This document shows positions 24,824-34,692 of a stretch of 64,000 nt of DNA, piece by piece. The stretch is from positions 15,164-79,163 of the forward strand of contig JAFYRI010000012.1 of NCBI GenBank assembly GCA_017559525.1. Reading direction: 5' to 3'. Origin of the DNA: Alphaproteobacteria bacterium. GTDB lineage: Bacteria; Pseudomonadota; Alphaproteobacteria; CAAHEQ01; UBA3637. A model generated the notes under the pieces. It made no database searches. It had not been told where the DNA came from and saw nothing but the letters and a program-made list of their open reading frames with translations. The translations under genes were made by a program, and so were the position numbers. The first letter of the stretch is position 1. Each line of letters starts with the position of its first letter.

Positions 24824-25486
24824 ATGGCAGAGCAAAAAAAGATAACTTTTTCCAGAGCACTTTTGTTCTTAATTATTATCTGTATTTTGGTCATTGTAGG
24901 ATTGGCGGTAAAAGATATGCTTGTCACTCCGGCAGAACGGTTACAAAATGCCGTTGTTGCATTGAATGATAAAGAATATAAAAAAGCCGAGCGTTTCTTT
25001 ATTGTTGTGGCTGAGCAAGGAGATAAGGAACAACAATTAACGGCGTCTTATTATTTGGCTCAGCTGTACTATAAAGGTGCAGAAGGTTTTGTTGCCAATG
25101 CTCAAAAAGCAGCTTTGTTTTATGAAAAGGCTGCAATGGCTGGTCTTCCAGAAGCACAATATCAATTGGCTTTGATGTATGATACGGGTGATAAAATTCC
25201 GGAAAATCGTACGAAGGCATTGTTGTGGATGAACGAGGCCGCTAAACAAGGAATGCCCGAGGCATTATATAGTTTGGGTGTTTGGGTTGAGCGTGGTTAT
25301 ATGGGAGGGGGTATCCCAATGGATAAAGTTGTGGCATTGTATGAGGCTGCGGCAGTTCAAGATCATAAAAATGCGATGACTTCCTTGGTTAGTATTTATG
25401 CTATGGGCGAGGGGAGTGTTGCTCCGGATGCTGAAAAAATGGTCTATTGGAAAAATCGTTTGGAAGAATTAAACAAAAAAAAGTAA
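24824..25486 (+). CDS. Sel1-repeat (TPR-like) protein
   Basis: N-terminal TM anchor, then tandem Sel1 motifs (A.Y.LA.MY..G.G.P.D...A..W...AA.QG). Confidence 0.75.
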   Translation: MAEQKKITFSRALLFLIIICILVIVGLAVKDMLVTPAERLQNAVVALNDKEYKKAERFFIVVAEQGDKEQQLTASYYLAQLYYKGAEGFVANAQKAALFYEKAAMAGLPEAQYQLALMYDTGDKIPENRTKALLWMNEAAKQGMPEALYSLGVWVERGYMGGGIPMDKVVALYEAAAVQDHKNAMTSLVSIYAMGEGSVAPDAEKMVYWKNRLEELNKKK

Positions 25487-25496
25487 AGGATAAAAA

Positions 25497-28022
25497 ATGT
25501 CATTAAAATATCGTAAAGACTATATTGTACCGTCTTATAAATTACCGAAAACATATTTGGATTTTACACTTAATCCAACGAACACAATTGTGAAGTCCAA
25601 GTTGTTTTTTGAAAGCGTTGATGTGTCCCAACCGATTGTTTTAAACGGTGAATATATGACGTTAAAGGAAATTAAAATTGATGGTATTTCTTTATCCGAA
25701 ACGGATTATCAATTGGATGATAAAAAATTGATAATTACACCAATGAAATCTGATTTTGTTTTTGAAACAGCTGTTGAAATTAATCCGTCTGAAAATACTC
25801 GTTTAATGGGGTTGTATGTGTCAAAGGGAATGTTCAGCACGCAATGTGAACCGGAAGGTTTTCGCAGCATTACCTATTACCCAGACCATTCTGATGTGAT
25901 GAGTAAATTTACTGTTACCATCCACGCAGATCGTACAAAATATCCGGTTTTGTTGTCTAATGGTAATAAAATCAAAGACGATGGTAATACTGTTGTATGG
26001 GAAGATCCGTTTAATAAACCATGTTATTTGTTTGCTTTGGTAGCCGGCAATTTGGACAGTTTAAAAGATACATATACGACTGGTTCTGGTAAGATTGTTG
26101 ATTTGCATTTGTATTGTGAAAAGGGTAGAGGTGATAGATTAACTTGGGCATTGGAATCTTTGAAACGATCTATGGCTTGGGATGAAAAAGCATTTGGATT
26201 GGAATACGACTTAGACTTGTTTAATATCGTGGCCGTTTCGCACTTTAATATGGGGGCGATGGAAAATAAATCATTGAATATCTTTAATGACAGCGCCTTG
26301 CTTGCCAGTCCAGATACAGCAACAGATGCAAACTATGAAGCTGTTGAAGAAACGGTGGCTCACGAATATTTCCATAATTACAGTGGTGACCGCGTGACGT
26401 TACGTGATTGGTTTGAATTATCCTTAAAAGAAGGCTTAACCGTATTCCGTCATCAAGAATATGGATGTGATACATATTCCAGACCATTACGCCGTATTGA
26501 TCAAGTGGCTATGTTAAAACAGTATCAATTCCCTGAAGATGACGGTCCTTTGGCTCATCCTGTCAGACCGGATTCTTATAAGGAAATTGAAAACTTCTAC
26601 ACTGTAACAATTTACGAAAAGGGTGCCGAAGTTATTCGTATGCAACAATCATTGTTGGGTAAAGAATTATTCCGCAAAGGATGTGATTTATACTTTACTC
26701 GTCATGATGGTCAAGCGGTGACAATTGATGATTTTGTTAAATGTATGGAGGATGTATCCGGACGTGATTTAACGGCATTTAAACGTTGGTATTCAACAGC
26801 TGGTCGTCCAACGGTTAAGGTTGAAACACATTATGATGAAGCATCCAAAACATATGTGGTTGATTTAACTCAATCTCATAAAACGGCAACAGAATCATTT
26901 GTTATTCCAATGCACTATGGGTTAGTTGGCCCAGATGGTAAAGATATGCAAAATGGTACTTTGGTGTTAGAGGATATGCATCAAACCTTTACATTTGAAA
27001 ATATACCATCCAAACCAGTATTATCCATTAATCGTTATTTTACATCTCCGATTGATTTGGATATTTCTTATACGGATGCAGAACGTATTCATTTAATGAC
27101 CTATGATACGGATTTGGTAAATCGTTATGAAATTGGCCAACAATATATGTTGGAACGTTTAATCGGTATGGTAAAAGAGGGCGCTCAAACACCGGATGAT
27201 GTTATTTTAAAAACGATAGGCGTTTATTTGAATGCTGATACGGATAACGCATTTAAGGCGCGCTCAGTATTAATGCCAAGTGAAGAAGAAATTGCTGCTA
27301 AAATGACGGGTGTTAAACCATCCGAAGTTGTGCGTATTCGTAAGATGATGCGTCAGGCTATTGTCGATACATATACGAATGAGTTGTTGGCTTTGTATCA
27401 AGCAAATCAAACAACTGATGCTTATTCACCGGATGCAGAGTCTGCTGCAAGACGTGCCATTAAAAATGTAGCACTTGGTTATTTGGCGCTCACACAACAT
27501 CAAGATTTGGTATATGCACAATATCAATTATCTGATAACTTAACGGATAGAATGGCTGCTTTATCTGCTTTGGTACATAATGGATTGCCTCAAGCTCAAA
27601 CAGCTTTGGATGATTTTTATAATCGTTATGAAAATGATGATTTGGTTTTGAATAAATGGTTTGTGGTCCAATCTTGCGCTATTTCGGATACGGCATTGGA
27701 AACAGTTGAAAAATTAACCAGCCATCCGAAATTTGATATGAAAAATCCAAATAAGTTGCGGTCGGTTGTTGGGGCATTTACAATGAACATTTGTGCTTTT
27801 AATGCCTCGGATGGTTCGGGATACGAATGGTTTGCCAATAAAGTGGCTGAAGTTGATAAGGTTAACCCATCCATGGCGGCAATGTTGTTTGCAAAAATGG
27901 CTAAATACAAAAATTTTGAAGAAAGTGCTGGTATTGCAGCCAAACGCATTTTGAAAGATTTGTTGGATAGCAAACAATTATCATCTATTTCTGCTGAAAC
28001 GGTTGAACGGATGTTGGTATAA
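25497..28022 (+). CDS. pepN: aminopeptidase N (M1 family)
   Basis: GAMEN motif. HEYFHNYSGDRVTLRDWFELSLKEGLT (HEXXH-18-E). Length 841 aa. Confidence 0.9.
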   Translation: MSLKYRKDYIVPSYKLPKTYLDFTLNPTNTIVKSKLFFESVDVSQPIVLNGEYMTLKEIKIDGISLSETDYQLDDKKLIITPMKSDFVFETAVEINPSENTRLMGLYVSKGMFSTQCEPEGFRSITYYPDHSDVMSKFTVTIHADRTKYPVLLSNGNKIKDDGNTVVWEDPFNKPCYLFALVAGNLDSLKDTYTTGSGKIVDLHLYCEKGRGDRLTWALESLKRSMAWDEKAFGLEYDLDLFNIVAVSHFNMGAMENKSLNIFNDSALLASPDTATDANYEAVEETVAHEYFHNYSGDRVTLRDWFELSLKEGLTVFRHQEYGCDTYSRPLRRIDQVAMLKQYQFPEDDGPLAHPVRPDSYKEIENFYTVTIYEKGAEVIRMQQSLLGKELFRKGCDLYFTRHDGQAVTIDDFVKCMEDVSGRDLTAFKRWYSTAGRPTVKVETHYDEASKTYVVDLTQSHKTATESFVIPMHYGLVGPDGKDMQNGTLVLEDMHQTFTFENIPSKPVLSINRYFTSPIDLDISYTDAERIHLMTYDTDLVNRYEIGQQYMLERLIGMVKEGAQTPDDVILKTIGVYLNADTDNAFKARSVLMPSEEEIAAKMTGVKPSEVVRIRKMMRQAIVDTYTNELLALYQANQTTDAYSPDAESAARRAIKNVALGYLALTQHQDLVYAQYQLSDNLTDRMAALSALVHNGLPQAQTALDDFYNRYENDDLVLNKWFVVQSCAISDTALETVEKLTSHPKFDMKNPNKLRSVVGAFTMNICAFNASDGSGYEWFANKVAEVDKVNPSMAAMLFAKMAKYKNFEESAGIAAKRILKDLLDSKQLSSISAETVERMLV

Positions 28023-28173
28023 TAAAAATAACAAGGCGGTTTTATGTGTTTTTGCGTGTAAAATCGCCTTTATAACAAAAGTGTCACAAAAGTGTCATTT
28101 GATTTTTTTATCACTTTGTGTTTATATAGGCTTATCTTAAACAATTGTATTAATAATAAAGAAAGGAAAATTT

Positions 28174-29007
28174 ATGTCAAACGGTATTATGCAAGGTAAA
28201 CGCGGCTTAATTATGGGGGTGGCCAATGATCACTCTATCGCATGGGGGATTGCAAAACAATTAGCCGATGCCGGTGCTGAAATCGCATTTACATACCAAG
28301 GTGAAGCTTTGGAAAAACGTATTAAACCATTGGCCGCTTCTGTTGGTTCTGATATTACAATTCCATGTGATGTGTTGGATCCGGTCAGCATGGACAATGT
28401 TTTTTCCACATTGAAACAAAAATGGGGTAAAATTGACTTTGTGGTTCATGCAATTGCGTTTTCCGATAAAAATGAATTAAAAGGTCGCTATGTTGACACA
28501 TCTGTTTCTAACTTTTCCAACTCTATGTTGATTTCTTGTTATTCCTTTACAGATGTTTGCCGTCGTGCTGCCGAAATTATGCCTGATGGCGGGGCTTGTT
28601 TAACACTCACATACTTAGGTGCTGAAAGATATTTGCCAAACTATAACGTTATGGGTGTGGCAAAGGCTGCTTTGGAGGCTTCTGTACATTATATCGCATT
28701 TGATTTAGGTCATCAAAATATTCGTGTAAATGCCATTTCTGCTGGTCCAATTCGTACATTGGCAGCCGCTGGTATTGGTGATTTCCGTCAAATCTTGGGA
28801 TGGACAGAAAATAACTCAGCTTTGTGCCGTAACGTAACAATTGAAGATGTCGGTGGCGCAGGTTTATTCTTGCTCAGCGATTTGTCAAACGGTGTAACAG
28901 GTGAAATCGTTCATGTAGATTCTGGTTATCATAAATGTGGTATGATTAATCCAAAAAATGCAGCAAAATCAGCTGAATTATTGGGTGCATTTAAATTATC
29001 TGAATAA
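28174..29007 (+). CDS. fabI: enoyl-[acyl-carrier-protein] reductase (NADH)
   Basis: GKRGLIMGVANDHSIAWGIA NAD-binding N-terminus. YNVMGVAKAALE catalytic Y-x6-K. Confidence 0.85.
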   Translation: MSNGIMQGKRGLIMGVANDHSIAWGIAKQLADAGAEIAFTYQGEALEKRIKPLAASVGSDITIPCDVLDPVSMDNVFSTLKQKWGKIDFVVHAIAFSDKNELKGRYVDTSVSNFSNSMLISCYSFTDVCRRAAEIMPDGGACLTLTYLGAERYLPNYNVMGVAKAALEASVHYIAFDLGHQNIRVNAISAGPIRTLAAAGIGDFRQILGWTENNSALCRNVTIEDVGGAGLFLLSDLSNGVTGEIVHVDSGYHKCGMINPKNAAKSAELLGAFKLSE

Positions 29008-29125
29008 GGATTAATGTTATAAAGATATCCCTCTCCACTATGGGGAGGGATTTTATTTTTTTTGAGGCTTGAAAATAATACAATAAATCACTACACTACC
29101 TGAAAATAGCAAAAGGATACTTGAT

Positions 29126-30091
29126 ATGAAAAACATCAAATTAAAACGTTATATAAAAAAAGCCATTTCTTGGGCGGGCTTATTTTTCTTTATTTTAGCT
29201 GCTATTATGTTGTATGTACAACTGTCAAAGTATCCATTTTCAGATATTAAAAAAGCTTTACTTGAAATACCAACAAAAAATGTGGTATATGCATGTTTTG
29301 CCTCTTTTTTGGGATATGTAGCATTATCTTCTTATGATTATCTTGCATTAAAATATATTGGTCGAAAATTGGCTGCATGGAAATGGATTTTAGTTGGTTT
29401 TATCGGTTTTTCTATCAGTAATAATGCCGGTCATGCCATTGTGTCGGGTGGAGCGGTGAGGTATCGCTTATACACCAGATGGCGTTTTAAAACTAATGAA
29501 ATTGTAAAAATGGTAACATTTTCAGGATTTACTTATTTGTTTGCATGTTTTGCATTAATTGTTCTTGGATATTTCTTAACGCCATCACATGCGTTAGGTG
29601 CAGGAAGTATGTCCACCTTTACAACGCATTTAGTGACAGCTTTGTCCGCTATTGGATTGTTGGGATATTTTGCTTTGACGTTATGTTATAAAAAGTTAAT
29701 ACGGATTAAAAAATTACAATTTAATATGCCGTCTTTTAAAATGGCTTTGGCACAAGTCGTTCTTGGTAGTGCAGATATTGTTTTGGCTGCTTTAGTGTTG
29801 TATTTTGTTCTAATCCCATTTGTGCAAATTCCGTTTGATATTTTTATCGGTGTATTTATTATTGCGCAAGTTTTAGGCGTGTTTAGTCAAGTTCCTGGTG
29901 GATTGGGTGTTTTTGAAGGTTTGTTTATGGTTATTTTGCCGGGTGATAACAATGCTGCTCATTTGTTTGGAGCATTGATTGCGTACCGTATTATTTATTA
30001 TCTATTGCCTTTGTTGATTTCCGCTGTTGTTTTGGGGATTTATGAAAACCGTTTGCGATATAAACGTAAGGTGAGAAAAGGTCTCTTGTAA
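29126..30091 (+). CDS. YbhN/UPF0104 family membrane protein (lysylphosphatidylglycerol-synthase-TM-like)
   Basis: About 8 TM helices. Conserved GxxxxSxxAxxxVxGGAVRYRLY-type core. Confidence 0.5.
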   Translation: MKNIKLKRYIKKAISWAGLFFFILAAIMLYVQLSKYPFSDIKKALLEIPTKNVVYACFASFLGYVALSSYDYLALKYIGRKLAAWKWILVGFIGFSISNNAGHAIVSGGAVRYRLYTRWRFKTNEIVKMVTFSGFTYLFACFALIVLGYFLTPSHALGAGSMSTFTTHLVTALSAIGLLGYFALTLCYKKLIRIKKLQFNMPSFKMALAQVVLGSADIVLAALVLYFVLIPFVQIPFDIFIGVFIIAQVLGVFSQVPGGLGVFEGLFMVILPGDNNAAHLFGALIAYRIIYYLLPLLISAVVLGIYENRLRYKRKVRKGLL

Positions 30092-30155
30092 AAAAACTTG
30101 ACAACAGAACAAAAATGTGATATATTGCTTTGAAAATAAGGAGCAATATACATAT

Positions 30156-30893
30156 ATGACTATGCAAAAGAAAATTTTTACCCCTGAAGAATTGGCTGTT
30201 ATTAACGATATTTTTGGGGTGCAACTTAATTTTGAAACACCAGTTGTTAGTGCAATATTTAAACTCAAAATGGATAGTTATTCAGATGAGAAGTGGGATA
30301 GAGCAATGGCAATATTGCATCCCGTTTTACCACTTGATGAAAGTATTATAAATGGTGAGAGTATATATAAACCATTTTATCAAGATGAAGAGAATTTATC
30401 TAAATCCGCTTCTATTTATGTTGCATTAAAAGAATATCAAGCTGATTTGAAACGTCCTAAGGCTCCATCTGATTTATATTTTTATGGTTCTTTAAGTAAT
30501 AAAGAAGCACACATGGAACAATTGAATAAATTTTTTAACACAGTTCGTTTTTCAACGGAGGCTACAGGACCATTTTGGTATGCTTTAGAGGTTGCAATTC
30601 CAGAAACAGAAACTAGAGGATATGAATTACTTTCACAATATATTTCGCCTCGTCGTATGCAAATTGATAAACCAATGTGGGTAGAGGCCGATAATACAGA
30701 AAATTATAGAATGGGTTCGATTGTATGCTATGATTTTGGATCCGATAAAGATTATACATTTTTTAAAAAAATTGCCGCCGATTTAGAATATTATCAAAAA
30801 CGTAAAGCTGAACATGAAAATCCATTGTTAAAGTGGGAGCCTAAGCGTATTTTGGCTTATGGTGCAAAAATGGAAAAACAACATACGCGATAA
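30156..30893 (+). CDS. hypothetical protein
   Basis: Start at MTMQKK after RBS AAGGAG. No family recognised. Confidence 0.4.
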   Translation: MTMQKKIFTPEELAVINDIFGVQLNFETPVVSAIFKLKMDSYSDEKWDRAMAILHPVLPLDESIINGESIYKPFYQDEENLSKSASIYVALKEYQADLKRPKAPSDLYFYGSLSNKEAHMEQLNKFFNTVRFSTEATGPFWYALEVAIPETETRGYELLSQYISPRRMQIDKPMWVEADNTENYRMGSIVCYDFGSDKDYTFFKKIAADLEYYQKRKAEHENPLLKWEPKRILAYGAKMEKQHTR

Positions 30894-30926
30894 AAACAGC
30901 CCCTCATCCGAGGGGCTGTTTTTTAG
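30893..30926. terminator. rho-independent terminator containing the palindrome AGCCCCTCATCCGAGGGGCT
   Basis: Perfect hairpin flanked by an A-run and a T-run. The same palindrome recurs at 32204-32223 and 60592-60617. Confidence 0.6.
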
Positions 30927-31033
30927 TTTGTTATTAAAAAATTAACTTTTTTGTGCGATATTAAAATAAAAATATATCTATCCCCAATCATCCATTCGGG
31001 CGATAGACAAAATTGATGTAAAGGAGTAAAAAA

Positions 31034-32194
31034 ATGAATTTTAAAATAGAAACCGGTCGTTCTATGGTTGAAATGTTAGGCGTTTTAGCCATTATCGGTG
31101 TACTATCTATCGGAGGTATCACAGGTTATTCTTATGGAATGGATAAATACCGTGCCAATCAAACAATTAATGATATTATGCTCAGAGCTGTAGACTTAAT
31201 GACACAAGCCAGTCAAGGACGAGACGCATTATCATTAGATGAATGGATTAATGAACCTTTTGTCTATGATTTTTCTAATCCGGCATATTCTGATGATGAT
31301 CTTGGACTTATTATGTTTGATGTGGGAGCCAACAACAAAATTTCTCAACGAGTTTGCGAAATGGTTTATGATGGATTATCTAATTCCGTAATTCAAATAG
31401 ATATTAATGAACAAGTCTCTAACTCTAAAAATGATTGTGCCTCAGACAATACGATGACTTTTTACTTCGAAGGTGGTCGTGTTAATGAACAAGGTGAGTT
31501 AATTTGTGAACCTGCATGTGGTGAAGGGGAACAGTGTGCAAATGGTTTTTGTTTTAGAGAGGATATCCCTGTCGTAACTAAAATGTATGGTAACAATTGC
31601 TCTAGTGATGCCGATTGCGGAGGCTGTGGAGATTGCCTTTATAACGGACAATGTATGCCTACTAGGGAAGGAGTTGATTGTCCTTTAGACAATGGACAAA
31701 CTGGACAATGTAATAATGGACAATGTTTGGCTAAAGAGGGATGTTCAGATAAAAATCCTTGTCAATCAAGTGGAACATATTGTGCCAGTCCGAATTCCAG
31801 TTGTTCTGTTGCCTTTAATGAAAATGAAACGGGGATTTGTATACAACCCGATTTTGTGACACAAAAAGTTAATGGTAAAGTATATTATGTTTCAAATGGA
31901 CGTTTATCATGGTGGGATGCAAAATCTGCCTGTGAAATAATCAATAGAGAAATGATTAGCGTGAATGATGTGGTTGTTGGATGGAATCAAACTGCCTCTA
32001 ATTCTTTTGAACGAACAGAATTAGGATTGGCTTTAAATTCTATTATAGGGCACGGTATTTATGTGTGGATGGAAGAAAAAGATGATTGTTATGCATGGAC
32101 TTTTACTCCTAATGATTGGGGAAATTATGATATTTCGAGTAAAGTTAAAAATAGAGCAACAGACGCCATACACTATATTGCAGTATGTAAATAG
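31034..32194 (+). CDS. type IV pilin-like protein fused to Cys-rich (EGF-like) modules and a C-terminal C-type-lectin-like domain
   Basis: N-terminus ETG/RSMVEMLGVLAIIGVLSIGGITGYSY. Middle carries many C..C..C spacings (CEPACGEGEQCANGFC, CNNGQC). C-terminus WWDAKSAC...YVWMEE...CYAW...AVCK resembles a CTLD. Confidence 0.55.
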   Translation: MNFKIETGRSMVEMLGVLAIIGVLSIGGITGYSYGMDKYRANQTINDIMLRAVDLMTQASQGRDALSLDEWINEPFVYDFSNPAYSDDDLGLIMFDVGANNKISQRVCEMVYDGLSNSVIQIDINEQVSNSKNDCASDNTMTFYFEGGRVNEQGELICEPACGEGEQCANGFCFREDIPVVTKMYGNNCSSDADCGGCGDCLYNGQCMPTREGVDCPLDNGQTGQCNNGQCLAKEGCSDKNPCQSSGTYCASPNSSCSVAFNENETGICIQPDFVTQKVNGKVYYVSNGRLSWWDAKSACEIINREMISVNDVVVGWNQTASNSFERTELGLALNSIIGHGIYVWMEEKDDCYAWTFTPNDWGNYDISSKVKNRATDAIHYIAVCK

Positions 32195-32201
32195 TATAAA
32201 T

Positions 32202-32230
32202 TTAGCCCCTCATCCGAGGGGCTTTTTTAT
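32202..32230 (+). terminator. rho-independent terminator (AGCCCCTCATCCGAGGGGCT palindrome)
   Basis: Hairpin plus T6 immediately after the pilin-lectin gene. Confidence 0.6.
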
Positions 32231-32246
32231 AATTCAACCCAAAATC

Positions 32247-33254
32247 TTATCGGCAAAATACAACGTCTTTGACACGATTTAAGACAGGGGCCGCAATTTC
32301 TCTAGCACGTTTGGCGCCATCTTGCAACATATCTTCCACCTCATCAAAATGTGTCATATAATAATTATATTTTTCACGTTTTTCATCAATTTCTTCGTGC
32401 AAAGCGGCCAATAACATTTTCTTAATATCACCATATCCCATACCGCCTTGTTCTAAACCATTTTTAACCGTTTGAACAACATCATCTTTGGCAACACCTT
32501 TAATGATGTGATACAATAAAATGTCTTCTGGATTTTTCTTATCATTCAAACCTTGGCAGTCTGTCTTAATGCCCATAACGGCTTTTTTGAGAACGTTGTC
32601 TTCAGCGAACAAAGGAATAACGTTATTGTAGCTTTTGCTCATTTTTTGACCGTCTGTTCCCGGTAAGATTTGAGAGTTGACTTGTACTACATATTCTGGG
32701 ATTTTTAAAACCTCTTGTTTGTAGTGTGCATTAATGGAACCGGCAATATCGGCCGCAATTTCAACGTGTTGGATTTGGTCTTTACCAACGGGTACGATAT
32801 CTGTATCGTATGCTAAAATATCGGCAGCCATCAAAACAGGGTAGGTATATAACCCCATATTAATACCGGCATCATTTGGTTCGCCCTTTGCAGTGTTTTT
32901 ATCCACTTGCGCTTTATAGGCATGGGATTTATTCATCAATCCCTTAGGCGTATAAGCCATCAAAATAGTTGTCAGTTCAAATAATTCGGGCACATCGGAT
33001 TGTTTATAGAACAAAGATTGTTTTGGGTCTAATCCGCATGCTAAATACGTGCTGGCAATTTCTTTTGTTAATTGTTTGAGTAAAGGAGCATCTTTAATGG
33101 CATTGATGGCATGATAATCAGCCACAAACATAATATGACGACCGCCTTTTGCATTAATGTCATGACCTAATTGAATAGCTGGACGAATAGCGCCAACATA
33201 ATTCCCAAAGTGAACTGTTCCGGTGGGTTTAACTCCCGTTAAAATCGTTTTCAT
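32247..33254 (-). CDS. trpS: tryptophan--tRNA ligase
   Basis: TGVKPTGTVHFGNY (HIGH region). KMSKS as QKMSKSY. 335 aa. Confidence 0.9.
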   Translation of the reverse strand: MKTILTGVKPTGTVHFGNYVGAIRPAIQLGHDINAKGGRHIMFVADYHAINAIKDAPLLKQLTKEIASTYLACGLDPKQSLFYKQSDVPELFELTTILMAYTPKGLMNKSHAYKAQVDKNTAKGEPNDAGINMGLYTYPVLMAADILAYDTDIVPVGKDQIQHVEIAADIAGSINAHYKQEVLKIPEYVVQVNSQILPGTDGQKMSKSYNNVIPLFAEDNVLKKAVMGIKTDCQGLNDKKNPEDILLYHIIKGVAKDDVVQTVKNGLEQGGMGYGDIKKMLLAALHEEIDEKREKYNYYMTHFDEVEDMLQDGAKRAREIAAPVLNRVKDVVFCR

Positions 33255-33466
33255 TTTTTATTTCCTTTTTTGAATTTGTGTAAACATTTATGTGAAATTT
33301 TAAGCGTAACTAAAAGCCCCCTTGGGGAGGCCACAAATTCCAAACAAATTGTTTCATGTATATCATAAAGACTATTATAATTAAACTTTTTTTGAATATC
33401 AAGTACTTTTTTAGCAAAAAAAGCACTCTTAAAAAGAATGCTTTTAGTTTATAAAAGTAATAAATA

Positions 33467-34540
33467 TTAACGACCTCTATTTCTGCGACGATTGGAAGAG
33501 AGGGAACGTCTTTTTTTGCTAGAACCTTTTTTTGTATTTTTAGCTTTTGGCTTTTCTTTAACAATAGGTTTTCCATCTTTATCTATATTAAACATTTTTT
33601 GAAGTTCTTCTGGATATCCACCTGTTTCACGTTTTTTTAATTTAAATCCAGGCATGCTTCTTGGGGGACCAGAACGATATTTTAAGTTGTAAATATTAGC
33701 CCCAACCATGTATAATTCATTGACAACATTTTGTATTGTTATATTGTCGTTATTAGCTTGGGCCGTTGCTAGTTGTGTTAATAGTAATTTTGTTTTATGA
33801 CGTTTTACATTTCGTTTGCCATCAGCGCGTTCTTTTGTACTAACTTGTTTAGATAATAAGCTATATTTTTTATTTTTAACAGCTTTTAAAAAATTATGCC
33901 ATTTATTGATAAAGTTGTCTTGTCCAACTTGATATCCGATATCGACACTTAATATTTGAACTCCCCTAGGTTCTTTCATCAAGTCAATGCCTTTTTCAAT
34001 ATAAGCTCGACGATAAATAGTATCAATGACGTCACGAACTTCTGTTAATGCAATGCTGATGCTGTCTTTATATTTCATACCAGCAATTCCCATCGATTTT
34101 CCAAGTTGTTTAGCTGCTTCAAAAGATTTTGGAGATTTTGTTTTAACTGTAGATAGATAAGCGCTAACTTGTTCGGGTGTCATTTTTTCTCCATTTTCAT
34201 AATAAAGAGGAAAACGACTGAAGTCCATGCCATTTGTAGTAGCAATTCCATGGCCGATTGTTAAAACTCCTTTAGAACATATATATGCCCAGGGACAAAA
34301 ACCTTCTGAAATACCACTTACTCCAAGCAACCATGATTTACCTAATTTTTCACGCCAATTTTTATAAGTTTCCGTTTTCATAAACTCTATAACTTCTTCT
34401 TTATTCATAGGTAGAGTTGATTTTGTTTGAGTTATTTTAGCTTTTGATTTTGGTTTTGCTTCAACTTCGGATGTTGTTGCAAATGTTGCAACAGCAAAGC
34501 TAATGGCGGTTAATTGTCGGATTAGTGTTTTTAGACTCAT
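33467..34540 (-). CDS. secreted GH24-like (phage-type) lysozyme with an Arg/Lys-rich C-terminal tail
   Basis: Signal peptide. SEGFCPWAYICSKGVLTIGHG matches the T4/P22 lysozyme E..Y.D..G..TIG.G core, with Cys at the Asp position. The last 35 aa include KKGSSKKRRSLSSNRRRNRGR. Confidence 0.55.
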   Translation of the reverse strand: MSLKTLIRQLTAISFAVATFATTSEVEAKPKSKAKITQTKSTLPMNKEEVIEFMKTETYKNWREKLGKSWLLGVSGISEGFCPWAYICSKGVLTIGHGIATTNGMDFSRFPLYYENGEKMTPEQVSAYLSTVKTKSPKSFEAAKQLGKSMGIAGMKYKDSISIALTEVRDVIDTIYRRAYIEKGIDLMKEPRGVQILSVDIGYQVGQDNFINKWHNFLKAVKNKKYSLLSKQVSTKERADGKRNVKRHKTKLLLTQLATAQANNDNITIQNVVNELYMVGANIYNLKYRSGPPRSMPGFKLKKRETGGYPEELQKMFNIDKDGKPIVKEKPKAKNTKKGSSKKRRSLSSNRRRNRGR

Positions 34541-34692
34541 AAGCATGTCTCCATTTTTTTACTTTCTATTATATATTATATAATAAAAAATCAAAAATGA
34601 CAATTATGTTGTTTTAATATTATGAAAAATAATGGTTTTTGCGATTTTTTATTGCGTAATTTTTTGTTTGTTAGATGAATGTATTACATAGT

